Below, piece by piece: positions 12,061-26,114 of a stretch of 53,493 nucleotides of DNA. Positions within the stretch are counted from its first letter, which is position 1. Each line of letters starts with the position of its first letter. Both the position numbers and the translations under genes were made by a program. Where the stretch lies: NCBI GenBank assembly GCA_910592345.1, contig CAJVPI010000108.1:1-53493 (forward strand). The letters are read 5' to 3'. This stretch comes from Paraglomus brasilianum. Taxonomy: Eukaryota. Below the pieces are notes generated by a model, which saw only the letters and a list, made by a program, of their open reading frames with translations, did no database searches and was not told the DNA's origin.

Positions 12061-15000
12061 ATCTCACCCCATTCCTACTTCGTGATCATTATTATACCAT
12101 CATTGTTGTTATCGTCCTGTTGTTTCTGTTATTATTACATTACTTGTATTATTATGGCGCATTAATATTATCTCTGTTAAATATCATCACCGTCAATCTT
12201 TATGATTATTTGTTATCATTTACGTCACCAATTATTATCAGTAAATTATTAGCATCATTTGTCGTAATGTGTGCAATATTGATAAATTGGGGGAATCGAG
12301 CAATGCGCTCTTGTCGTATTAATACGTAGACCAATCAATCGCCTCTGTGGTCTAGAACCATAGGTGGGAACATAATAAGCTTAATTCACAAATAGACATT
12401 TATTTCGTGTAACAAATCGATCCAGAAATACAAGACAACTATGTTTGCAAGCCAAGACCGGTACACATCTATACATGTTGTCTCCACATACAATGTTATG
12501 AAAATCATATAATGTGTTCTAAACACGAAAACCCATAAAGAGGATGATTGAATTTATGGGGTCTAGTATTTGGCTCGTAAAAAAGCCCGGATGTATATCA
12601 AACGTAATTCCTGCTATATATTTTTACAAGGTAATTTCAATGCCAACCTTTGGCCTCTTAACCTCATCATTTTCCTTATATATTTCTTCAGTCACCGATC
12701 CATTGCCCCTTGCTTTTTCTTTATTTCCTTTTCAAGCACATGTCCTGCATCAAAATCCGCCACACTTAAATTGCTCCACAACATTTTGGCGGATCCTGTG
12801 TTTGTCGGAGAATTTTTGACCCTTTATGAAAGGGCTGGAGTGACGATCGAGCGATCGAGCTGCTGGACGATTGATTGTGATATTATCAGGACTTTTTTGT
12901 TTATCATCGATACAAGCATTTCAATCACTCGCTTCGATTCTTCGATATGATGCAATCATCACAAGTGTCTACGACTTATTTACATTAGCTGACACATGGT
13001 TCCCGGTGCCCGACTTTTGTATTCAAATGCTATCCATATATGACAGGCCTGGAACCGTCTTACGTAATATATCACTGAGAGTATAAACCTTTAATATCTG
13101 TCTCCACGTTCGATTATCTGATGACTACCAGCATGACATCATATTTACGACAAATAACGAGTATTGCAAAGATGAGAGCACTTATCTATAAATCTAGTTA
13201 GCCAAACTCATATTCGATGTAGATCATTGAAGAAAGCGGATACAAGAAATATTTATTTGTGTGCGCCAAGATGGACAAGCGTTTCTGTGCTCTGCATCCT
13301 TTGAGATCGTAGAGGGCGTATTCGCCTATACGCAGCTCATGAGATAGCTACGTCCGAAAACGCGGCTGGAGCCAGCATCGCTTTATAAGTTGACCGTCGA
13401 TTAACTAGTCACCAAGCACAATCTTTGATTGTCTCGTTATCTGTGGAAATCCACTACCGTTACGTTAGTCCTTTTTTTTCTTTTTTTTTTCGAGATCGTT
13501 TGCATCGTGTAACATAATAAAAAGACATAACGGTTTGACACTGGGGGCTGACTCTGTTTACTCCCTCCCCATTCATTATTCTCGTTTCATACTACCAAGC
13601 AAGCACATCTATCCTGAAGCAGTTAAGGCTCGGAAAAGAAGCATAGGCTCCATTACCATAACAACAAAATAATATGACTACTTGTATGTAACTGGTAGAT
13701 TCTACAAAATATTCGACAATTGCTTTACTGATGTACAGAATAAAAAGAGTATGGTTTTTGTATTATGCACGCCAGAAACAACAGATTCCAATTGGTACCC
13801 CTGAACTTTGTTTTTTTTATATGCAGTAAAACGCCTTTTGCAATAGAATTTTATGTGTGTAATACATTAAGATGCACTTCTTGCAAGTGCATGAATTGAA
13901 CGGCCCCGGCTTTGCGACCTGCTCGTAATACCGGTTATTTATATTCCATATGGTGTGTTATGGGTAATACATGATAAATTTTCTGTCAATCACATTCAAG
14001 ATTAACGTAATTCGCCAAATCTGTTTACTTAAGCTGGACCCGAGTCAAGGTACATTTAATTGAGTTTTATTAAGAAATATACCACTGGTGGTGGAAAAGG
14101 TTGAAAAAAAAAACATTGGAGATAATGGTAATCATGTGGTCATCGAATATGCTTGATGGAATCTAGAACGTGCCCGGGCCAAAATGTCGCTAAATATCAC
14201 CCATCACTAATAAGAATAACAAATATCTGTTTGTACGAAATCAAATTATATTCCAGAACTTGAAATGCTAACAATGGTAGTCTTTTGTCTTATTTGGATC
14301 AAAATATTAACAAATTGACATGGAAGGAGCCGCTAATATCGCTCTTTCTCAATCAAGCAATACAAAAGTTATATCGCAAATACTCATTGGAAATCTAAAA
14401 ACGATTGTTCATTTATGTTATTCCCCATGATTTCTATCAATGATAACGAGAGCTCATATGACGTATGACCGAACAATTTATTGGTACTCCTATAATAATT
14501 CATCCCCCCCACACAATGTTTAATTATCGATCGATAAAGATATTCTTCATTCACAGACATATTTATACATGAACAATACTTACGCACAGCATTCGAACTT
14601 AAATTTGTGCACCAAAAAATTTGTACATCAAAAAATTTGTACACTGATCACAACAATTTTTATAGAGCATTAGTATTAGCAGCGACACATTGCATTCTAT
14701 ACGAGTCAATGTACATACAATTATTGCATCATATGAGGGGAACGGGGAATAACATATCTACACTTTACTGAATAAGGGACCTCTGCCTCTTGATATGTTC
14801 CGATTCATGTAACTACTGCAAAAATTATGTAATGTTTGCTCCGCTGCAAGCCATAATGTGATTCTTGTGTTACATCTTGTGATGAATATATTGATGCAAG
14901 TGTACGAACAATGACATTGGCAACCCATTCATTTGGTTTATTTCGATATAGGATAGTAATAGGCGTATTGATTCGTCTGCTTTGTGATGTATGTTGTTGT

Positions 15001-16704
15001 TTCGCGTGTATACTTAATAGGGTTTTGGGGTGGGGGCGTAGGCGTTAACCAATAAAAGCCTCATTTTCCATCTTGCGGGAGGGGAGAAGGACAGCAACGA
15101 ACGAGGGTATTTATTTAGCACTATGTGATTGGACTGGATAGACGGACAAACAATAAAGAGCGATTCGCGGTGGTTGATGGTTAGATAGAACGTCACTTAA
15201 ACTGATGAATGAGGAAATCTTCACTTTAATTCGTCAAATCGATGAGATGCCTAAAAATAATGTGATGTGCAGGCGATCCAGCTCTCTCTCATTCGCGACG
15301 ATCTCCAAAGTGACATAACGATGATGTCCCAAAATATTTTAGCGTCATATCTTTTATTAATCACTCTCATATCAATTACTACCAATAATAATAATATCTA
15401 TCCAAGAAAAAACCATGTCTCACCAACTATCGATCACGGCAACATACTCAACGTTTTGTTTTCAACTATACACTTGTCGAGCGTATGGTAATCATGTATA
15501 TCGACAAGTTTTCTTTTGAACTGGAAGATTTGATGGTAAAACTGATATACATTCGATTCTTTGTGATGCAACTCGTTTCTGTCTCTCGTTCTTACGACAC
15601 TTCAACAAAATAGGAAGCCTAAAGTACATATAGATATATTCTGGCTAAACTCAATTGTTCCTAATAAAGTGGACCGGTTGAATCTGTTCTTACAAAGGAA
15701 ATGTAGTATTGTCTCAATTGGGGGAAAAAAAGATTCTACGTCTCTGGAAACCGTTGTCGAAGCAGCCGCCCCACATTGACAATTTCGTGAGAAACTGTGG
15801 ATGGAGCCAGTAATCCAAGTAGGATAGGATTTGTTTCAGGTCCAATCCCGTGATTCAAATTATTCTTTTAACGCGATGACTAACTAGTTCACGCGTGATT
15901 ATTCTAAAAACGTGAAATCCTTCAACATTCTGAAGGAGGGAGATACATAGATCAAGACAACTTTCTTTAATGGAGTTTTGGCTAATCTCTTGCTGGGTAT
16001 ATAACGTCAAGTTGTCGATACGATCGGGCTTTTTTTCTACTGAACGAGTGACTAAGGTAAGTATTTTTTTAGTACGGAAAGGGTTTACATCGAGTGCGAT
16101 GTGAGAAATAGGTAATTCGTCGATACAACCTAAGCGGCCAGATCAGACTATGTCATTGCTCGATCGATCCTTGCAAAATCTGTCGTGTCCCGTGACAATT
16201 CCATCGTTGAATTGTATCACTAGTGAAAATGACAGCACTACCGGGTGAACATATAAGCAAACCGGATAAAGATTGTCATTTGACTTTAGTACTTGATATT
16301 ATGATCTATACGCATGTATCACGGGTAAAAAAAAGCACAGATTTGTATAATTTGGACTAAGAATCAATACCATTAAACAGGAATGAAATAAAGACAATTC
16401 CTACTCTTGGACGCGGTGTGTATTTTTATTCTTTATAAATGTGTAATTCAGGCATAACACAACGCGTAAACAAATCTGTCTGAAATGTAGCCTACGAGAT
16501 GTCCAAATTCCAAGTTTTCACGACATATCAGAGATGCACAGCGGAAACGAATATGCTAAACAACCGAATATTCTCAACTGGTCGATCCAACATCCTTGAG
16601 TGTGGTTATGAATATAGAGTCGCTCTTTAACACGATACGAGTTCAGCTCCTTTTTTTATATATATATATATCATTACTGAACATAAGCAGTTCGATTATA
16701 AAGA

Positions 16705-18068
<1,364 letters not shown>

Positions 18069-19056
18069 TCATTGACAGTTATTTATACTCATTGTTGGGT
18101 ATATTCTAACTAAATTCATACATGTAACATGTGACTATTTGATACAATGATCTCCGAATGTTCACAGTATATCCACATCTATCGTTATATTGTTATTATA
18201 TTCCTTCATAATAAGTTGTACAGTATGTAGATACTGTAGGGTCCTATAACAAGGCATAGCAGTGCAGTTTTCTATTCAGCAACGCACTTAAAGTACAAAC
18301 TCCTTCAGCCTACGACACACTTTAGTCATGTATACCTGTCAATAGTCGTGATTGCAAGTATTTATAGATGACTTGATTTATACTTTAACATTTTCCAGGA
18401 CTTGTCGTTATTATTATAGATGATTTGAACGCTTATCTAACTATTTATAGTTATAGATCAACATCTGACTGTGTGAGCTAAAAACGATTGATATGGCTAA
18501 AGCACATTAATATAGATAATGGAAAGCTTGGTGCTGGAAAGTAATTGGAGAGCGCACCCTCCAGGCTTGGACATACGCAAATATTATAGTTATTGAGAAA
18601 ACGCTCCACGTTATTTAATTATAGCTTATGCAATAATATTACCGATTGGATTCTCGTGGTTTTTGCATTGGTTGATATACGAGGGATGTCCCATCTCCAC
18701 CAAACCTTGGTGAGGATAAAAAAATAATGAGTAATGTATCATCATAGTCAAGAAATCAGTTAAAGAACGTTCGAACGTTCACAACAACCACCAAACAAAT
18801 CAATTTCCGGGGGCTCATGAATGTTATGCATAATGAAGAAATGAAGAAATGACATCACGATATAATTCATAAATTCAAATCAAACGAGCTCAATATTCTC
18901 TCATTCGTGAAATAGTCCATAACTAGCTAGACAAGTTGATATGTGTCTCAAGTTGTCTGACAAAGTCTCCGGAATCAAATGTAAAATATGAAAAATTTAT
19001 TTTCGAAAGTCGTTATCATCTGTATTTACTATGGCTAATTGATTGTACTTTAAAAT

Positions 19057-19154
19057 GGGTCCGGTTCATTTCATCGACCGACAGTACGTTTCACCGATCG
19101 AAAACCAATGATAAGTGGTCGATGAAATGATTGTCGATGAAATAAATGCCTCCC
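19057..19154. mobile_element. 98-bp Mutator-like miniature element with 9-bp TSD
   Basis: Perfect direct repeat CTTTAAAAT at 19048-19056 and 19155-19163. Termini are GGG...CCC with inverted ATTTCATCGAC / GTCGATGAAAT motifs. Confidence 0.8.
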
Positions 19155-19840
19155 CTTTAAAATACAGTTCGGTCGAATGTTACACACATAATTATACATT
19201 TTTCTATACACTGCGACTTCATGAACTACCGCTTATAGAAATACTGCCTTCCACACACCATCATTACTTTTGACAAGTACAATCAATCAGCTTCAAAACG
19301 ATACCAAAGCCGTTGTTCCTTGCGTAGTAATTACGGATGATAACGACTTTCGAAAATATTTTTCATGTTTTACTATTTGATCGACTGGGATTCCGGAGAC
19401 TTTTGTCAGGGAATTGTGTAAGACTATTTAGTGAGAACCAACAAAGCTGTTACCATGAGATAGTTGTAAGAAAAGTTTGGTTAGTTTGCCCACAGCACTC
19501 AATTATTAATTAGTATTGGATTTAATCAAGCATGAGTTAATTTTTTCCCATTTCACGAACATTGACACGAAGACCCGAAGACCCCGAAATACCGAACATC
19601 TGAAACATTGAGCCCTCATGTGATATGTTCTATGATGCATATATGTAACATAATAATTATAATTCATAAATTCATTTACACTTGGTTACACTATGCATGA
19701 GAAAAACCATGTACGTACATTGTGTTGCAAAAATCGTTGGAATATAATTTATAATTACTGCTCCACTTTACATGTGGAATACCTCATTTAAATGTTATTT
19801 TCTGGAATTTTATCCCATTTCTCTACAATAAACTCTTCTG

Positions 19841-20045
19841 ACAGCTCATTTCCCAACAATTAATTTCGAAGATATCAGTTGATCTAGGTAAAATAAATCT
19901 GGTGGACAAATTTACAACCGTTTGAGTTAATTTCACAGGTTAAATAATAAATCATCGACGAACAATCTGTCAAAGGAAATGATTATCGGGGAATGAACTG
20001 TCGGGGAAATGATTTTCGTGGAAATGAACTGTCGGGGAAATAAGT
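19841..20045. repeat. Array of about 15-bp repeats (AATGAACTGTCGGGGA-like) with a degenerate inverted copy, probable Mutator-type subterminal repeats
   Basis: Four or five units at about 19975-20045. CAGCTCATTTCCCAACAATT at 19841 resembles their reverse complement. Confidence 0.5.
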
Positions 20046-23000
20046 TCTTGGAATATTATCCCGACATTTTGAAATTCCTCATTTATTTCCCAGTAATCCG
20101 TCCTACTACTTCCTGTAATGTCATTATGTTCGCAAATGATCACTTATGATTATTAATAGACAAACAAAAAAAAAACCTAATTCATCACATTCATTCTCGA
20201 ATCGACATTACATCCGAAATTTTTTGTATGGAGAGATGAAAAAAATTAATCAATAAATTAATCAACAAATAATGATGATAAACATCGGACGTATATCTGA
20301 AACAATATCGGATCTGATATGGTCAAAAGAACTGACCCAATTATTAGTTCAACATCACGAACTTTGCTAAAAGCAAGAATTCTAAAATGAGACATATGAA
20401 TTAATTAGTCTGTAATTTTCTCTATATATATAACGTCCGTTCAGGATGGTTGATATATTATATTCTTCTTCATTCAAGACTAATATCACAATCCTTTATA
20501 ATTTTCTGTTCTGGATAACAGAAATTTTAATATCTAATATCACACTCATTAATATATTTTCTGTTCCGGATAACAGAAAACTTCGATATCTAAAATATTC
20601 TAACCATCCTACCATCCTACCTTACAAAAACGATGAAATTCCTTTGGCTTTTCGTTATCTGTTGTCTTGTCTGTAGCATGTCTGTTCATGCATTCCCTAA
20701 AGTTCATGAAGGTTAAAATTAATTCTCTTCCATTTACTTTATTTTTTCACAACTATTCCAGTTTCTCACCATATGTTTAATACTTGATTGATATTTCATT
20801 GATAGGTCACTCTGTCAGCATCGTGAAGCGTTGTAGTTTTTTCAGTAGGCTTATTGGTGATTGTGATGATGGGGTTGACTTTGGTGGAAATTGTTCGGTT
20901 CTACCTTGTAAAGACGGTCTGTCATGTAAGAGTATTCCTGTTGGATCAACTCCTACTTGTCAGTGACACTCGCAATAAGTATGATTTTACGAGTTGTATG
21001 TCCTCCTGAGAAAAGTATACCTAGAGGTATGTTGTGTGGCTGCCCGATTTCATCAGTTGGCTTTTAACAATTATATTGTGACTTCAGATGCATTCCACAG
21101 CTGACCAGTTTCATCACATCCATTCAACATGTTATGCAGGGAAAATATTACCAAGTTATTTACTGACAACATGCGGATATTATCGTCAGATGTCATAAAT
21201 CGCAGTTATACCGCCATAGCCAGATTTATTTCGAACGCTATAATTAATATTATCGATTCCTGTTATAGTAGTTTTGTTGAGATAATTCATCGAGAAAATT
21301 GCAATACTTATTATACGAACGAATAAAATTCTGAGGCTTTGTAACTGTCTGATTATGCTACGTAATAATGATTGATCTTTTTTTGACATTTCTCTTCGCG
21401 AAAGGAAAATTTGATAATCTGTTTAATAGCAATGCAGTAATGTGTTGGAGAATCTATAATGACTATTCAACGAACAGATGAAAATACGGAATACACAGTG
21501 AAACATGTTATAACAGACGCAACGGTTCCAACCATTTTCTCCGTTAAATCGAGAAATCATTAAATCGAAGTTTTAAATCTATAGGATATTAAATTACAAA
21601 CCGTGTAGATTGGCTATGAAAGTTTTCCGTACCATAAGATAGGCGATAAAGCAATATTGAAGTGGAAATTCAAGCTGGCAAGAATCCGATTAGTATGTCA
21701 TGCAGTTACTGCCAGAATTTCATTGTGGCTCGAGACGAAAACCGATTTTAAAGCGATCAGATATGGTGGCGCATACAACATGGAGTCTCCCATGCGTAAA
21801 GTTGTTCATTCCTATATAATGTATAGTAATAATATAACATAAAACGACCCCCTGTTGATACATACTATATATAATTAGATAAACGTCCAAATAGAGATCA
21901 AAATAAAGTCCTGCAAAAAATTGAGCGTTGCACATATATGAGTTTGATATTATAAAAAGTTATCATTAAAACTAATGTTGAAAACAAAAATAATTTATAC
22001 CCGATAATTATCGGCAAGAACTTCAAATAAATTATCAAAAAATAAAACTACAAAACAATTAAAATTACTGGGCAACTGGTACTGGGATAAGGAGACAAAC
22101 TTCCAGAGTTACAAAATCGAGAAACTTCAAACATTGAGACAAAAATCGATGGTTGAGATGATGGGAAAATGAATTCATAAAGACTAATATTAAACAAGAA
22201 CCGTACGATGAATATCAAGAATTAGAACAAAGTGACAACATGGAAAAAAATTGAATCACTAGGGATTGATAATATTAATAAACAAGAGCCATATGATAAT
22301 GAGATGTAAAGTAGAACAAAAGAGATTAAATATCATAAATATGAACAGACTGATAATAACATGGAAGAAATAAAGACGATAAACGTTTCGAAATTTTTTA
22401 TAAAAACGCGAAAATTATACTCTGAGATGTTTACTGATCCACAAATAAAACGATTATAAGATGGACATCATTGCCTCTACTCTATTAAAATCAATACAAG
22501 TTCCACTAGTTATAAGATATAATTTAATAGAATGGGCTAACAAATATGTTAAGAGTCACATCACTATTTCACCTCCTCAACGCCGTCTAATGTTGGCACA
22601 GCCATTTATTCAGCCGTCAGCTGTTTTGGTATCGCAGCTTTCCTCTACCACCGCGATTTGGGGGCTTCTGGTATCAGGTCTCTGAAGGTTCCGCATCTTT
22701 TCAGCAAGAAAGATTTAAACCGCAGGTCGGTAGAAAAAATTATTTACCCACCAGGACGCTTTACAAATTAATTGGCCCGAATTTTGCTCCTAATACAAAG
22801 TGGTTGGAATACATATATTAGATCGTCGGTTATTGAAGGAGAAGTTGTATATAATGGTACGTACGTATTAATGGTTAGCTAAAGCCTTTCCCAATACAGC
22901 AATATCTCTTTTCTCTACTTTGTTTCTCAGTTCTCTAGGATTAGGATTGGCGTTGGCGAATACATTGAGTAGACTTAGCGCGGCAATTAGAATGTTGAAT

Positions 23001-25317
23001 CATCACTATTTTGTTATACAGTCAAAGCAATCCGAGTATAGAGCAAGTTGTCAAAGTAGCGGGAAGAACGAATCGGGAAACTTTTGAAATCAAGAAAGTG
23101 ACTCGTATGTAACTTCTAAGTTTTATAATAGTTAGTTTGGTTATTCACGATGTCGATTATTTTACTGAAGACGAAAAGATATCTTTTGTTGAAAGACATT
23201 GATATGTGAATAAATAATAATGTACAATAACAACTTTCGTGATCACATTATTATCCTTAAATTATTCGGTGCGACATACGTTAATAATGGGGAAGCAAAT
23301 CTATGTGCGTTGTATAGTCGTGTACCGCACGTTAGTGTGGAAGACCGGAATGTTCGTCGGTTATGTGGTCAATAATCCGTGTTTTATTAACCGTTAAGAG
23401 TTCATTGTTTGAGGTCTTGTTCATAAACTGTTGTATGTGCGTAATATAGTTGGAGGCAAAGGTTTGTTGCGTTTATATTTAAGTAAGCTGTATTCGCGCG
23501 CAATGGAAAGAAGCGTCTGGTTATATATGTATGAGCAGACGCGTGTTAGATGACGTAAGATGACACATATGTACTTAAATATTATTTAATTGCTGTCGTA
23601 TCGTCCTTATAAATACTGTTACCTATGCAGAAAGGAACCATAAACGGGCATCAATATATTGACTAGTGTACATCATATCGCGAGTTGTCATAATGTTTCC
23701 GTAAATAAGAACAATAACATTTCGGAGTACACGCAGTAAAATATTTTTCATTGGTTAATAAGTCTGACAAGTCACGCGTATAATTTTAATTAAACTGATT
23801 TCCGTGATAGTAATAGTGTCGTGACGGGAGAGCGGATAACTATCAACACTTGGGATTTAACTTCCAATGGAGGTGTGGCTACTCTTATTCACTAAGTTAA
23901 ATATAACGACAGTTAGTGACCTTTTAATCAGGCTTTACCTATTTACGACACTCTAATTTATAGTTCTGGGGTGTTTGTATAATTCTCAACGCATTGCTAA
24001 TGAACGAATATTTATCGTAATTGCCACGAGAGTAATTGCGGGACAAGAAGGCGAATACTCCTAAACGATATAGGGATTAATGGTTTCTCAGAACAAATCA
24101 TTAATAATGTATTTCAGAGTATAAATTAATTGAACATTACATGAACATGATTAATTCTATCGGAAATTTAGAAGAGGTAAAATTTATTCATATAATCTGA
24201 TGTTTGTTTACAAATAACACAAAACTACACATGTGTTTTTTTTAAATTTGATGTGCAAGACTTTTGTCCAAATAGTGTACATTAAAAAAGAAAATTTAGT
24301 CTTCATTCCAGCTGACCATGCCTTCTAGAGTTTGGTTACTGATGTCTGTCTTATTTTGTAAATAACCTGATAAGCACTGGTTGCAGAATCAGGAGGCAAA
24401 CCTGCAGGAGTCCAGAGAATAATCTTCTCAACTCAGCCAAAGTAGCAGAGCATTGCACATTTCTAACCCTGAGCTCTACCCTGCCATAGTAGAAGGTGTT
24501 GTTTTGCTGTGCCATTATTGATAGAAACTCCTCAATTCTATCATACTGCTTCTCAAATCTATTCCAAATCCTCCACCTTTCTTAAGATCTCATGTTTCCC
24601 AACTGTATTATTAATTATATGCTTGCCGTTTGAAGTTATAGTAGTATAAAGATAGTGGTTTTCCATTGTATATAGAGTATGGATTATAATGAATGGAGAA
24701 GACATAATCAACTCCAGGTCCAGGATGTTGGACCTGTTCATTGCAGTATCCACTGGAGTCTAGGGAAGACTGTCGGGGTGTTGGCTGAAGATTCCTTGTA
24801 GAGCTGCCAAGTGAGACATGACTAACTTTTTAATATCCTCAACTATCGTATTTTCATACGATAGTTTCATTGGATAAGGACAGCTATCTGCCTCTTGGCG
24901 TGCTCCTTTGGCGAAACCGGGCCACTGCAATAGCGAGATGTGATATTTAGATCTCTTAGTAAGCACCCCGGTTAATGACTAACCATCCTCCAGGGCAAGG
25001 GGAAGTGTTTGATTCTATGTACGGTGGATTGACGAGAAAGGTTATCGTAACATACCGATTTGCTTATGACATAAATAAATGTAAGAATATTCGATTGTAG
25101 CGAACAGCCTACGCGTACACTTTGAAAACTATTATCCCATTGTCATCCGTCGAAATTGATATTTCCTCATCTCCAGCACCAACTCTCTTTCGCCCTCTAC
25201 AACTTCTTCTGTGCCGTCCTCGGCAATCAATTAATTATATCTAAGAATCTGTCTGGAAGGCAATATGCCGTTATGATGTGACGGCATGTCTACTTCGTCA
25301 GGAACTGTAATAAAGTA

Positions 25318-26114
25318 AAGAAACCAATTGAACATTCACAGCCCACCATACTAATACCCCAGGGCTGGATTACCTACCTGACTGGTAACTTTCGCAAGCT
25401 GCTTTCAGTTCAATGGTTAATATTCTATTCACTAACAGAGGACACGAAACATCTCGGACGCGACCATAATAATAATAATAACAATAAGGTGTCATTCGTC
25501 ATCGATTAACTAATCATGTGATGTTAAACAATTACGATCATACAAATTGTATTGACACGAAGTTAGCGAAAATACTTGCGTTTGGACCTTACACGTACTA
25601 ATAACTTCGGAAATGGCTTTCAAAAGTCATAGACTAAGGTGAGAATTTCACTGAGTACTTGTGGAGTGGTTGTATACGAAGGTTCGCTGCCAGCTAAGGT
25701 GTAAATCGGAAATCGAAAGCGCGTTGTGGAAAATTTGCTTGCCCTTTGGCAGCTCTAACTCTACAACATGTAGGCTACTTGTTTAGTAGCCATTTAGTGT
25801 ATGTATTAGTATCTGAGATTACGCCGCCACCTTGGTATAAATCGGAGAATTTCTTCGTTACCGAAACTTCCTCCAGCTATGATGTAAAATCGGAGATTCC
25901 CGAGCGCATCTGCAATGAACCGAATCTTCGTCTTTGAGCAAGGATGTTCTTGGTAGTGGTGAATAGGATACTTTTAAAACACTTGCGCGCTTATTTCGAT
26001 CTCCATTGACAAACGCCCATTGAATTGGAAGCAGCTCGCGAAAGTTACCAGTCAGGTATCCAGCCCTGACACATGGTGGACGGCCTGCTGTGGACATTTT
26101 TCAATTGGTTTCTT
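25318..26114. mobile_element. Region of about 800 bp bounded by about 100-bp imperfect inverted repeats (fold-back/MITE-like)
   Basis: 25318-25416 (AAGAAACCAATTGAA...CAGGGCTGGAT...ACCTGACTGGTAACTTTCGCAAGCTGCTTTCAGTTCAATGG) matches the reverse complement of 26017-26114. Confidence 0.65.

Noticed and set aside
14601..14646. Three 16-bp tandem repeats AAATTTGT(G/A)CA.. ending in CACTG
   Set aside because: Could be a lone transposon end, but there is no partner TIR. It has no spacers, so it is not CRISPR.
16125..16225. Minus-strand ATGACATAGTCTG and TTCAACGAT resembling group I intron S and R elements
   Set aside because: The R-like copy lacks GACTA, so P7 cannot pair. No other core helices or host exon are evident.
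19975..20045. Short repeat array considered as CRISPR-like
   Set aside because: Units are contiguous with no unique spacers, and no cas genes are present.
20800..21450. Possible LINE 3' zinc-knuckle remnant (FLDEL..., CITC..DET..LW)
   Set aside because: Too many stops and too few conserved residues to support without a search.
21650..23270. Possible decayed LTR-retrotransposon 3' end (KQEPYD repeat, purine tract then TG near 22835-22850)
   Set aside because: No integrase or RT motif and no second LTR found.
24300..24970. Coding-like minus-strand fragments
   Set aside because: Interrupted frames with no recognisable family.
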